Shown one piece after another: positions 49,089 to 59,216 of a stretch of 64,000 bases of DNA (positions within the stretch are counted from its first letter, which is position 1; each line of letters starts with the position of its first letter). The DNA comes from an uncultured Bacteroidota bacterium (lineage in GTDB: Bacteria; Bacteroidota; Bacteroidia; Bacteroidales; UBA12077). A program made the translations under genes and the position numbers. Under the pieces are notes generated by a model. That model was not told where the DNA came from, made no database searches, and was given only the letters and a program-made list of their open reading frames with translations. The DNA lies in contig CAJXLK010000023.1 of NCBI GenBank assembly GCA_913055635.1, positions 4,610 to 68,609 on the forward strand, given 5' to 3'.

Positions 49089-49814
49089 ATGGAAACCCCG
49101 TATATGATCACAGCCAGGAACATGGTCAAAAAGTTTGGCCACTTTATCGCCAACGACCATCTTACTTTTCAGGTAAGAAAAGGCGAAATTTTTGGCTTTC
49201 TTGGCGCCAACGGCGCAGGGAAAACCACTGCCATGCGCATTCTTTGTGGTTTGTCGGCCCCCACCTCGGGCGAAATCTCCGTGGCCGGTTACAATGTTTA
49301 TCGCCAAAAGGAAAAGATCAAGCGCAGCATTGGCTATATGAGCCAGAAATTTTCCCTGTACGAGGATTTAACCGTGCGGGAAAATTTCAGGTTCTATGGC
49401 GGCATTTATGGCCTGCCGCGCAAAAGGATCCGGGAGAGAACCGCTTATTTGCTGGAGAAACTGAATTTTTCCCATGCCATCGATAAAAAGATTGCCCAGA
49501 TCCCTTTGGGCTGGAAACAAAAGCTGGCCTTTTCCATTGCCATCATCCATTCCCCGCGCATCGTTTTTCTGGATGAACCCACCAGCGGTGTCGATCCAAT
49601 AACCCGCCGCCAGTTCTGGGAGATGATCTACGAAACGGCTTCCCGGGAAGTGACCGTTTTTGTCACCACCCATTACATGGACGAGGCCGAATACTGCAAC
49701 CGGGTATCCATCATGGACCAGGGGCGGATTGAAGCACTGGATACCCCGGCCCGCCTGAAAGAGAAATATCAGGCTGCCAATATGAACCAGGTTTTTGTCC
49801 AAATCGCCCGGTGA
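49089..49814 (+). CDS. ABC ATPase (YbhF C-half-like)
   Basis: GANGAGKTT, IPLGWKQK, LDEPTSGVD, TTHYMDEA. Confidence 0.92.
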   Translation: METPYMITARNMVKKFGHFIANDHLTFQVRKGEIFGFLGANGAGKTTAMRILCGLSAPTSGEISVAGYNVYRQKEKIKRSIGYMSQKFSLYEDLTVRENFRFYGGIYGLPRKRIRERTAYLLEKLNFSHAIDKKIAQIPLGWKQKLAFSIAIIHSPRIVFLDEPTSGVDPITRRQFWEMIYETASREVTVFVTTHYMDEAEYCNRVSIMDQGRIEALDTPARLKEKYQAANMNQVFVQIAR

Positions 49815-49841
49815 TTTTGATTAACCGGTAAAACCTCAGCT

Positions 49842-50948
49842 ATGAAACGATTTTTTGGATTTGTGCGCAAAGAGTTCATCCACATTTTCCGCGATAAGCG
49901 AACCCTGCTTATCCTTTTTGGCATGCCCATCGCCCAAATTCTGATCTTTGGATATGTGGTAACCAATGAGATCAAAGAAGCCCGCATCGCCATCTACGAT
50001 AAATCAAAGGATGCAGTAACGCACGAAATTACCGACAAACTCCTTTCTTCTGACTATTTCAGACTGGCCAAAACCATCGAAGATGAACAGCAGATCGAGG
50101 CCACATTTGAAAAAGGAGATGTCAAGGAAGTCATCGTATTTGAATCTGATTTTGATGAAAAACTGCACCATGAGCAATCGGCCCAGGTCCAGATTTTGCT
50201 GGATGCCACCGATGCCAACATGGCCAATTTGCTGCAAAGCTATACCTCCGGCATCATCAATGACTATTCGCGCCATATTAAAGTGTCTTCTGGCAATATG
50301 CCGGCGATCAAACCCAAACCCCGCATGCTGTTCAACAATGAACTGAAAGGGGTTTATATGTTTGTCCCCGGTACCATGGCCCTGATTTTAATGCTGGTAA
50401 CCGCTATGATGACCTCCATTTCCATTACCCGTGAGAAGGAAATGGGCACCATGGAAGTATTGCTGGTCTCGCCCCTTAAATCAGTTCAGATCATAGCCGG
50501 AAAGGTAATGCCTTATGTGGCCCTGGCCTTCCTCAATGGGGTGGCCATATTGGCCCTGGGATATCTGGTCTTTGATATGCCGGTTCATGGAAACGTTGTC
50601 CTTTTGCTGGGGGAAACCCTGCTTTACATCATAATGGCCCTTTCCCTGGGCATATTCATCTCGACGGTCAGCCCCACCCAGCAGGTGGCCATGTTTATTT
50701 CCATGTTCGCCCTGATGCTCCCTACCATGCTGCTGTCGGGTTTCATCTTTCCCATTGAAAACATGCCCTGGCCCCTGCAGTGGTTGAGCACCATCATACC
50801 GGCCAAATATTTTATCATTCTGATCAAGCACATCATGATTAAAGGCACCGGTTTCGTTTTTGTTTGGAAAGAAACCCTGGTGCTCTTGGGGATGACGGCC
50901 ATTTTTATCGGTTTGAGCATCAAAAATTTTAAGATAAGACTGGAATAG
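49842..50948 (+). CDS. ABC-2 permease (YbhS-like)
   Basis: KEFIHIFRD, REKEMGTMEVL, LSGFIFPIENMP. Confidence 0.92.
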   Translation: MKRFFGFVRKEFIHIFRDKRTLLILFGMPIAQILIFGYVVTNEIKEARIAIYDKSKDAVTHEITDKLLSSDYFRLAKTIEDEQQIEATFEKGDVKEVIVFESDFDEKLHHEQSAQVQILLDATDANMANLLQSYTSGIINDYSRHIKVSSGNMPAIKPKPRMLFNNELKGVYMFVPGTMALILMLVTAMMTSISITREKEMGTMEVLLVSPLKSVQIIAGKVMPYVALAFLNGVAILALGYLVFDMPVHGNVVLLLGETLLYIIMALSLGIFISTVSPTQQVAMFISMFALMLPTMLLSGFIFPIENMPWPLQWLSTIIPAKYFIILIKHIMIKGTGFVFVWKETLVLLGMTAIFIGLSIKNFKIRLE

Positions 50949-50976
50949 GCTTTTCAATGTTTAAAACGCCATTGCC

Positions 50977-52095
50977 ATGAAGACGATACGATTCTTGTTA
51001 CAAAAAGAGTTTATACAGATCCTTCGCAACCGGACGATGCTTCCGCTGATCATATTAATGCCCTTTATCCAGCTTATTATCCTGGTCAATGCCGCGACAT
51101 TCGACATGAAAAACATCGACATCTACGTGGTGGATCAGGATCTATCTTCCACGTCTCGGGGGTTGGTCGATAAATTTGAGGCTTCGCCTTTTTACCATCT
51201 GGAGGGCCGTTCATTCAATGTAGAGGATGGCCGGGAGGATCTACTGACAAACGAAGCAGAGATGATCTTAAACATTCCGGAAGGCTTCGAACGTGACCTG
51301 CGCCGGAAAAACCAGGCTTCGTTACAATTGCTGATCAATGCCATCAATGGCAATGCCGCCGGTTTGATACAGGCCTATTCCAATCACATCATCTCCGGTT
51401 ACAACCAGCACATCGCGGTAGAATGGACCCAGGGTGTGGCGGCTCAGAAACAGCAGCCCCTGGAGGTGGTCTATTCCTACTGGTACAATCCCGAAATGAA
51501 CTATAAGATTTATATGGTCCCAGGAATACTGGTGATACTGGTGACCATTATCAGCCTTTTTCTGACAGCCATGAACATTGTAAGGGAAAAGGAAATGGGC
51601 ACCATTGAGCAGATCAATGTGACGCCCATCAAAAAATATCAGTTCATTATCGGTAAATTGCTGCCTTTTTTGATCATTGCTTTATTTGAGTTGGCTTTTG
51701 GCCTGCTTTTGGGGCGATTAATCTTTGACGTACCCATTGTGGGAAGTTTATGGGTACTTTTTGGGGTAACCGTTGTTTATCTTTTGGTGATCCTGGGATT
51801 TGGTCTTTTCCTTTCAGAAATATCTGATTCCCAGCAACAGGTTATGTTTGTCACCTTTTTCTTTATGCTGGTTTTTATCCTGATGAGCGGCATATTCACC
51901 CCAACTGAAAGCATGCCTGACTGGGCCAATAAAGTGAACGTGATCAACCCCATTGCTTATCTGATGCGCATCATCCGGATGATCCTTTTAAAAGGTTCGG
52001 GTTTTGCTGATATATGGCAGGAATTTTACAGTTTGCTTATATATGCTTTCCTGAGCCTGGGCCTGGCGGTATGGCGGTACCGCAAAACGGCCTGA
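50977..52095 (+). CDS. ABC-2 permease (YbhR-like)
   Basis: KEFIQILRN, WYNPEM, REKEMGTIEQ, SGIFTPTESMP. Confidence 0.92.
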   Translation: MKTIRFLLQKEFIQILRNRTMLPLIILMPFIQLIILVNAATFDMKNIDIYVVDQDLSSTSRGLVDKFEASPFYHLEGRSFNVEDGREDLLTNEAEMILNIPEGFERDLRRKNQASLQLLINAINGNAAGLIQAYSNHIISGYNQHIAVEWTQGVAAQKQQPLEVVYSYWYNPEMNYKIYMVPGILVILVTIISLFLTAMNIVREKEMGTIEQINVTPIKKYQFIIGKLLPFLIIALFELAFGLLLGRLIFDVPIVGSLWVLFGVTVVYLLVILGFGLFLSEISDSQQQVMFVTFFFMLVFILMSGIFTPTESMPDWANKVNVINPIAYLMRIIRMILLKGSGFADIWQEFYSLLIYAFLSLGLAVWRYRKTA

Positions 52096-52166
52096 GATTG
52101 TTCAGGGCATCTCCCGTCCCGTTTGGTTTGCTTTGAATAATTATTTATATTTAAATGGATAAATCT

Positions 52167-52174
52167 TATATTTG
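52167..52174 (+). promoter_or_regulatory. -7 promoter box
   Basis: TATATTTG about 30 nt upstream of 52204. Confidence 0.55.
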
Positions 52175-52203
52175 TGGATTTTGAGCCGTTTAAATAAGGA
52201 GGA

Positions 52204-54699
52204 ATGATGCGCCTTTTTCGTTTGTTGCTGATTGTTTTACTGCTGGCATCTATCTGCACGGGGTGTGGCAAGGATAATCGGGTAACGATTAATAAAGCTG
52301 CCTGGTCGAGCAGGGCACCCTTTAATATTCCCCTGAAACGTCGCATCAAGGAGCAGGAAGAGGGCAATAAGGTCATCAATCCCTCCTTTGAACGGGGCAG
52401 ATATTTCAATGACCGGCTTAATACCTACGAACTGGTTGGCTGGACGGAGGTGGGCAATGCCACCGAGTGGGTCGATGCAGACAAGCCGGAATATGGCGGG
52501 GAAGAGGTTTCAGGGGGCCGTCATGCGGTGAAGATAAGGCGGGAAGATGTAGATGAAGTGGTTCAGGAGGGCTCGGGGATGCTCAGCGACTATATAAAGG
52601 TCATCCCGGGCAATTACCGGTTGTCTTACTCCATTCGCCTGGAAAATATTTCTCCTTATAAAGAGCGATTGGGCAGCAGGTTGGAAGATGCCATAGATGT
52701 GCGCGTTTACTATTACAACAAAAATAAGGTGCGCATTGGCGGTTCCAGCAAACATCCCCTTACCGGCAAGCGATTCGACAATGAATTCAAGGCCCTGCCT
52801 TTTGCCGGATTTTGGAATATCGATCGGCTGGATTGGACCAGGGTACGGGGGATTAGCCACAAGTTCCCCTTTTCGGACGGCGATCTGCCTGAGAACACCC
52901 GCTATGTCAGGTTGTTCTTTGGCCTTAAAGGCGCCGGTACCATGTGGGTGGACCAGGTCCATTTCAGTTTTACCCCCCGCAACTTTTCCCTCTACGAAAA
53001 GATCCGCCCATGGCAGGATAGCACTTTTACCCCCTATGATCTGATTATTCCACGGCCCAAGCAAATGAAGCCCGGGCCAAGTTATAGCCTTCTTGATTCC
53101 TCTGTCAGTCAATCCATCCCCGTTATTGTTATTCCCCGAAGGCCGGCCCCGCTGGTTGAAGAAGCGGCCAAGCTGTTGCAGGATGAACTCAGAAAAATTC
53201 TTCAGCCCGGGGCAGCGGGTGGCCAGCTTAACATACCAATGGTGGATTCCCTTGGCGCGGAAGAAATTCAGCAGAGCTCCATCGTCTTTTCATTGGGCAA
53301 CAACGCATTGAACAAGGCGCATCGTTCAAAGTTGCCCTATTCGAATCTGCCCGACAATGCCCAGGCTTATTTCATCCATCAAACCACCAACCCCTCTCCA
53401 TTGGTACACATAGATGGCCATCAACCTTTGGGGGTATACTACGGAGCAACCAGCCTGGTTCAATTGTTGGATCAGCCACAGGGCCAATATCACCATGCCG
53501 ACATCATCGATTATCCGGATGTTCACCAAAGGAGTGTGTATTGTCCACGGGGTGAGGGCATGTCGGCTGCATTGGATTTTCTCACCAGCAATCGGTTCAA
53601 CCGGATTCACCTGAAAGTGGAGCCGCCCTATCAAACACTTGATAATCAGAGAATGATAAGAGAAATGGGTGAGGCCTCATTCCATGCCGCATTGTTTATT
53701 CCTGGGCTGTCGGTCCGCCCCTATCAACATTCTCCCCTGAAGAATTTTGACCCGGACAATGCTTTGGCTCATGAACAAAAGTTATACGAGCTTGTCCGAT
53801 ACAGCAGGGCCCATGATTTTAAAAGGGTTCTTGTGAGGATGGATGCCCCTAAAGGGAAGGGGGCGCCTGACAGTTGCACGGTAAAACTTACCAAAGACTT
53901 AAACCCTCAGAAATATCAAAACATGTTGGATGTGCACACTGAGTTGATCGGAAACTTAACCTCCATTGGTGGGGGCGAGACCGAGGTGGCTTATCTGCCG
54001 GTTTGGCACAACAATGCATGTATACTCAAAAGTCATGGCAGGGGGGAGTTGTATTTGAACGAGTTGTTCAAGAAAGTGCCTGAGCGGGTTAAATTTTTAT
54101 GGACCGGCGCAGTGGGACATCCCTTGATTGTGGATCAATCAGAGGTAGCCTATGTCCGAAAACGGGTGGGCCGGGCACCAGGCTTTTTCAGTCTTTCTAT
54201 CCACCCATACGGCCGCGAAGAATTTTTAAGGGCCTATCCGGGGAAGGCTCGCATGGCAAGTCTTTTCCGGCATTTCATGCTGGACCTTCCCAAGGGTCTA
54301 TTCCATCGTTCAAACAACGGCTTTTATGCCGATATCTCTCCCCGTGATGCATTGGATCAAATCAGGCTCCGTACACTGGCTGAATATTTGTGGAATGCCG
54401 ACAGGTTCAATCCCGAACGTGCGTTGTTGCGGGTTTTAATCGCTCAGTACGGAAAAGAAACCGCTTTTCGCCTGATTCAATTTAATGATGCCTATTATGG
54501 CCTTTATGAGATGTACCAAAAAGTCACCACGCGCGAAAGTAAAGTCAGGTATATCCGGTCAGCCGAGGCTTTCAAACATCAGTTGGAACAACACATGAGC
54601 CAACTTGAACGGGATCTGGCCAACAGCAGCCTTATACCCCTGCTGGCCGAATATCGGAATCAAGCCAGAACCTATTTTCAAAGGCTTTTAGACCAATAG
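52204..54699 (+). CDS. Lipoprotein with jelly-roll domain, GH20b-like domain and degenerate GH84-like barrel
   Basis: Lipobox CTGC; NPSFE; IIPRPKQM, GVYYGATSLVQL, IIDYPD..QR; FLWTG; LAEYLWN...P. Confidence 0.72.
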   Translation: MMRLFRLLLIVLLLASICTGCGKDNRVTINKAAWSSRAPFNIPLKRRIKEQEEGNKVINPSFERGRYFNDRLNTYELVGWTEVGNATEWVDADKPEYGGEEVSGGRHAVKIRREDVDEVVQEGSGMLSDYIKVIPGNYRLSYSIRLENISPYKERLGSRLEDAIDVRVYYYNKNKVRIGGSSKHPLTGKRFDNEFKALPFAGFWNIDRLDWTRVRGISHKFPFSDGDLPENTRYVRLFFGLKGAGTMWVDQVHFSFTPRNFSLYEKIRPWQDSTFTPYDLIIPRPKQMKPGPSYSLLDSSVSQSIPVIVIPRRPAPLVEEAAKLLQDELRKILQPGAAGGQLNIPMVDSLGAEEIQQSSIVFSLGNNALNKAHRSKLPYSNLPDNAQAYFIHQTTNPSPLVHIDGHQPLGVYYGATSLVQLLDQPQGQYHHADIIDYPDVHQRSVYCPRGEGMSAALDFLTSNRFNRIHLKVEPPYQTLDNQRMIREMGEASFHAALFIPGLSVRPYQHSPLKNFDPDNALAHEQKLYELVRYSRAHDFKRVLVRMDAPKGKGAPDSCTVKLTKDLNPQKYQNMLDVHTELIGNLTSIGGGETEVAYLPVWHNNACILKSHGRGELYLNELFKKVPERVKFLWTGAVGHPLIVDQSEVAYVRKRVGRAPGFFSLSIHPYGREEFLRAYPGKARMASLFRHFMLDLPKGLFHRSNNGFYADISPRDALDQIRLRTLAEYLWNADRFNPERALLRVLIAQYGKETAFRLIQFNDAYYGLYEMYQKVTTRESKVRYIRSAEAFKHQLEQHMSQLERDLANSSLIPLLAEYRNQARTYFQRLLDQ

Positions 54700-54792
54700 G
54701 CTTATGTTAACAAAACGTGCAAAAGGTTTGCCTGGTAAAGGCTTGTCGATATCAATTTTATTTATAGATTTACAGCGATTAAAAGCGGCTTT

Positions 54793-56211
54793 ATGAAAGG
54801 AAGTCATCGACCCAATTATTTCGGAGACAATCAGTTTGACGAATTGTTGGCCCGGTATGAGAAAATGCTTGGAGAAGGGGAGCAGTATTATTTTGATGTG
54901 GAAGATTTTGAGCAGATCATTGACCATTATCTGGATGTCAGCAAAACAGGCAAAGCCCTTCATGCTGTGCGGTATGCTTTCAGACTTCATCCCAACGCAT
55001 TCGCCCTGAAGGTAAAAAAAGCCCAGATTCATCTGCGCAACAAAAATCCCAAACGCGCTTTATCCACCCTTAAGGAAGTACAGGGGCTGGAAGCTTCCAA
55101 CAACGAATTTTATATCACCCTCGGCCACGCTTATTTATTGCTGGGGGATCAGCAAACGGCCGAAAAACATTATCAAAATGCCCTGGAGCAAGTCAGCGAC
55201 CGGGAAGAAACCCTTGAACTGCTGCAGAATATTGCCCAGACCCTTCAGTTTTCCGACATGCACCGGGCAGCCATCAAATATCTTAAAAAGGCCCATGAAC
55301 TGGAACCCAAAAATTTACTGATCATCTATGACCTGGCCTATTGCTATGAAAAAACAGATCAACCGAAAAAAAGCCTGTCGTTTTATTTGACATATGTGGA
55401 TATTGAGCCCTACAGTGAGCACATATGGTTTTCCATGGGCAAGCTTTACCATGAAACCGCTCAATTGGCCAATGCCCTGGATGCATACGAAATGGCAGTA
55501 GCGATTAATCCCGATTATGCCGATGCCCTGTTTGAACTGGCCATGCTTCAGGATGAACAGGGGCATGAGCGAAAAGCCATCGACAACTACCTGGAGTACC
55601 TTGAGCGGGACCCTGATTCGGCTGAAGTCCATTTCTTCCTGGCCAATTGTTATTACCGCGAGGGCCAGGATGAAAACGCACTGGGACACTATCAGAAAGC
55701 CCTGAAGCTGGAATCCTATAATCCAGGCGTATATTACGGGATTGCCCGGGTGCTTTTCCGCCAGGAACATCTGTGGGATGCCCTGTTTTATGCAAAACGC
55801 GCCACCATGTTGGATGATAGCGATTATAAGCTCTTTGTCCTTTACGGCAACATCAATTCCAGGCTGAGGATGTACAAGGAGTCGGCCAAAGCCTATCTGA
55901 AAGCCGTGGAGTTGAAACCCGAAACCTTAAGCCATTGGATTCATTTGACCGATGAGTTGATCCACAATCAGAAGTATGACCAGGCCCTGAAATATGTGCT
56001 ACAGGGACTTGAAATGCACGCCAGCAGCCCACTGCTTTATTTCCGCCTGGCTGCCCTCTACTATAAGACCGACCGCCTGCGCAATGCTGTCCGCTCCTTC
56101 AAAAAAGGTATGCTCATGGATGCCGACTATTATGAGGAATTTTTCAAAGTTTGTCCGGAAGCCAAACGTTCCAGAGAAATCAAGAAACTGTTGAAAAATC
56201 AAATTACTTAA
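54793..56211 (+). CDS. Tetratricopeptide repeat protein
   Basis: Multiple TPR-like units (A..Y.KA..L.P); YFDVEDFEQIIDHY N-terminus. Confidence 0.9.
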   Translation: MKGSHRPNYFGDNQFDELLARYEKMLGEGEQYYFDVEDFEQIIDHYLDVSKTGKALHAVRYAFRLHPNAFALKVKKAQIHLRNKNPKRALSTLKEVQGLEASNNEFYITLGHAYLLLGDQQTAEKHYQNALEQVSDREETLELLQNIAQTLQFSDMHRAAIKYLKKAHELEPKNLLIIYDLAYCYEKTDQPKKSLSFYLTYVDIEPYSEHIWFSMGKLYHETAQLANALDAYEMAVAINPDYADALFELAMLQDEQGHERKAIDNYLEYLERDPDSAEVHFFLANCYYREGQDENALGHYQKALKLESYNPGVYYGIARVLFRQEHLWDALFYAKRATMLDDSDYKLFVLYGNINSRLRMYKESAKAYLKAVELKPETLSHWIHLTDELIHNQKYDQALKYVLQGLEMHASSPLLYFRLAALYYKTDRLRNAVRSFKKGMLMDADYYEEFFKVCPEAKRSREIKKLLKNQIT

Positions 56212-56224
56212 AAAAATAACCTTT

Positions 56225-57001
56225 ATGAATGCAAATTTACCCTATATTCCGGAACGCCAGCAGAAAAAACGCAATCATGGCATCACCATGGTTATGGATA
56301 AGGGGTTAAGTCTCAGGCAAGTTGAGGATTATATCCAGAGTGCCGGTTCCTACGTGGATTATGTGAAGCTTGGTTTTGGAACCGCTTTGGTGACTGAACG
56401 GCTCGCAGATAAGGTGCGCCTCTATAAGGAAGCCCGGATTGAGCCATATTTTGGCGGAACCCTCTATGAGGTCTATAAGATCCGGGATATGTTTGACGAT
56501 TTCCGGCATTTCCTGAGCCAATATAAGGTGGAGATGGCAGAGATTTCAGATGGTTCGATACACCTTTCCCATGAAGATAAGCTCAAGGACATTAACCGCT
56601 TGTCGCAGGATTTTACGGTCTTATCAGAAGTCGGCTCCAAGCGGGCTGAGGATGTGATCACCCCCGACCAGTGGGTCTCAATGATGAGATCGGAGCTGGA
56701 AGCCGGCAGCAGCAAGGTTATCGCTGAAGCCCGGGAAAGCGGAACCATTGGAATTTATAATAAAGATGGTTCAGCCAAAACCGAACTGATTGACGATATT
56801 TCCCACCACGTCAGGATGGAAAACATCATCTGGGAAGCCCCCCAGAAAAATCAACAGGTATGGTTTATCAAGCATTTTGGCAGCAATGTCAACCTGGGTA
56901 ATATTGCTTTTCCGGAGGTCATTCCCCTGGAGACGCTCCGCACTGGCTTAAGAGGGGATACCTTTTTTCAGTTTCTGCCCCAGGAAATGAAAAATCACTA
57001 G
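56225..57001 (+). CDS. comA: Phosphosulfolactate synthase (ComA family)
   Basis: GITMVMDKGL, VKLGFGT, GGTLYE, EISDG, SEVGSK, EARESG, LETLRTGLRGDT. Confidence 0.92.
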   Translation: MNANLPYIPERQQKKRNHGITMVMDKGLSLRQVEDYIQSAGSYVDYVKLGFGTALVTERLADKVRLYKEARIEPYFGGTLYEVYKIRDMFDDFRHFLSQYKVEMAEISDGSIHLSHEDKLKDINRLSQDFTVLSEVGSKRAEDVITPDQWVSMMRSELEAGSSKVIAEARESGTIGIYNKDGSAKTELIDDISHHVRMENIIWEAPQKNQQVWFIKHFGSNVNLGNIAFPEVIPLETLRTGLRGDTFFQFLPQEMKNH

Positions 57002-57075
57002 ACGCCACCCCGACAATTGCAATGACTTCGCCCGTAAACTTTGCGATGGCGAAGTTTTTTTATGGAACCTTGAAA

Positions 57076-58026
57076 ATGAGTGCCCCTGTGAAAAGAAATA
57101 TCTTTGATTATTTGATCCTGACCCTTAAAGGGATGGGGATGGGAGCAGCGGATATTGTACCCGGTGTTTCGGGAGGAACCATCGCCTTTATCACCGAGAT
57201 CTATGAGGAGTTGGTCAATTCCATCAAGTCGATCAACCTGAATTCGGTACGGAAGATTTTCCAACAAGGCCTGCCTGCCTTCTGGAAGGGCATCAACGGT
57301 TCATTTTTGGCCGCTGTTTTGCTGGGGATTCTGATCAGTGTGTTTTCACTGGCCCAGCTCCTGGAACACCTCCTGCATGAGGCCCCCATATTGGTCAGGT
57401 CCTTTTTCTTTGGTTTGATTGTGGCTTCGGCCCTTTATATAGCCGGCAAGATTGGCTCCTGGAATTTAGCCCGGATCATTGCGCTTTTGGCCGGCATCGT
57501 CGCTGCTTATTTTATCACCCAGCTTACCCCGGCCCAAACCCCGCAAGTTGGCTGGTTTATTTTTCTGTCCGGGGCCCTGGCCATATGTGCCATGATACTG
57601 CCGGGCATTAGCGGGGCTTTTATCCTGCTTTTACTGGGCAAATACCAGTTTGTCATTGAAGCCGTGGGCAGCATCGACCTCTATGTGCTTGGAATACTGG
57701 CAGCAGGAGCCCTGTTTGGCATCATTGCCTTTTCCAACGTGCTGTCCTGGTTCCTGCGCAAATATCATGACCTGACCATTGCCGTTTTATCGGGCTTTAT
57801 GATTGGCTCGCTCAACAAAATATGGCCCTGGAGGATGGCCACTGAAACTTTTACCAACCGTCACGGGGAAGTGGAACCCCTGGTGGAGAAAAATATTCTT
57901 CCCACACATTTTACCGCTCAAACCGGCCAGGATCCGTTGTTGCTTGAGGCGGTTCTTTTGGCCCTGGCAGGCTTCGCGGTCATTTTTATTATAGAGGGGG
58001 TAAACCGGACAAAATCGAGGCCATGA
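57076..58026 (+). CDS. DUF368 family membrane protein (putative undecaprenyl-phosphate translocase)
   Basis: MGAADIVPGVSGGTIA, AMILPGISG, GSLNKIWPW. Confidence 0.9.
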   Translation: MSAPVKRNIFDYLILTLKGMGMGAADIVPGVSGGTIAFITEIYEELVNSIKSINLNSVRKIFQQGLPAFWKGINGSFLAAVLLGILISVFSLAQLLEHLLHEAPILVRSFFFGLIVASALYIAGKIGSWNLARIIALLAGIVAAYFITQLTPAQTPQVGWFIFLSGALAICAMILPGISGAFILLLLGKYQFVIEAVGSIDLYVLGILAAGALFGIIAFSNVLSWFLRKYHDLTIAVLSGFMIGSLNKIWPWRMATETFTNRHGEVEPLVEKNILPTHFTAQTGQDPLLLEAVLLALAGFAVIFIIEGVNRTKSRP

Positions 58027-58796
58027 AGCTCTTTGGTCTGATTGGTTATCCCCTGGAACATTCTTTTTCCCCGGATTATTTTAGGGAAAAATTCAGGCGT
58101 GAGCAGATTCAAGCCCAATACCGGTTGTTTCCCCTGGCCAGCATCGGAGAATTCCCCTCCCTTGTGCGTCAGTTTCCAAGGCTTTGCGGATTAAATGTCA
58201 CCATCCCCTACAAAAGACAAATTATGCCTTTTTTGTGGCAGATTAAGGATGAAGCCGCCGAAATCGGGTCGGTCAATACCATTGCTTTCATCCGGGAGAA
58301 AGGGGAACCCGTAGAGCCACTGGGCTTTAACACTGATGCCTATGGGTTGGAACAGGCCCTGAAACCCTTTCTCAATGAAGACCACCGCAACGCTTTGATA
58401 TTGGGAACCGGAGGATCTGCCCATACTGCAGGCTATGTATTGAGGAAACTGGGCATTCATGTCCAATGGGTTTCGCGTTCTGAACACAATGAAAACGGTC
58501 AATACAGCGATTCAGACGTGTTGACCTACGGGCAATTAACCCCGGAGGTGGTGGCCCACAACAGGCTTATCATCAATACCACTCCGCTGGGGATGTATCC
58601 CCATACCGATGGTCGGCCTGACATCCCCTATGATGGCATTGGCCCGCACCACCTGCTTTTTGATTTGATATATAATCCCCCGCTAACCGCTTTTCTCCGG
58701 GAAGGGCAAAAACGCGGGGCTACTGTGGAAAACGGCTACAATATGCTGCGCCACCAGGCTGAACAAGCCTGGCACATCTGGAACCAATTTATCTAG
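58023..58796 (+). CDS. aroE: Shikimate dehydrogenase
   Basis: GYPLEHSFS, GLNVTIPYK, GSVNT, NTD, LGTGG, NTTPLGM, DLIYNP. Confidence 0.94.
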   Translation: MKLFGLIGYPLEHSFSPDYFREKFRREQIQAQYRLFPLASIGEFPSLVRQFPRLCGLNVTIPYKRQIMPFLWQIKDEAAEIGSVNTIAFIREKGEPVEPLGFNTDAYGLEQALKPFLNEDHRNALILGTGGSAHTAGYVLRKLGIHVQWVSRSEHNENGQYSDSDVLTYGQLTPEVVAHNRLIINTTPLGMYPHTDGRPDIPYDGIGPHHLLFDLIYNPPLTAFLREGQKRGATVENGYNMLRHQAEQAWHIWNQFI

Positions 58797-58815
58797 CCGG
58801 TTCTTCCCCCTCCAG

Positions 58816-58927
58816 AACCCCGCTTTCAGACCCCCGCTTAGCGGGGTCGCTTGTCGGAATCCCGCTTAGCGGGGTAGGTTTTCAGACCCCCGCTTAGCGG
58901 GGTCGCTTGTCAGAATCCCTTTTAGGG
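58816..58927. repeat. Second cluster of the CCCGCTTAGCGGGG palindrome (about two 56-bp units)
   Basis: Half site at 58816, full palindromes near 58832, 58861, 58888, degenerate TCCCTTTTAGGGA at 58916. Confidence 0.92.
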
Positions 58928-59216
58928 AATCTCCTTTTTTACCGGAAAACTTAGCCGGCTCCTAGAAAAGCCTTGATAAGTTCTTGCTTATTCTCTTACT
59001 GATAAGGCTTTCGCCCTGGAGACGGGATAACACCCGCGAATTGCCGGACAGATGTCGGATCGTGGCGTGCCTCAAATCCCCGATAGGATTTGGCTGGCCG
59101 GGATTGTTATGGAACACATATGGCCCTGACATATTTCATGATTTATGTTGGACAAAAAAGCCATTTTTGATTATCTTTACGAGCGCAAATGTGAAATATA
59201 TAAATAATTGATTAGC

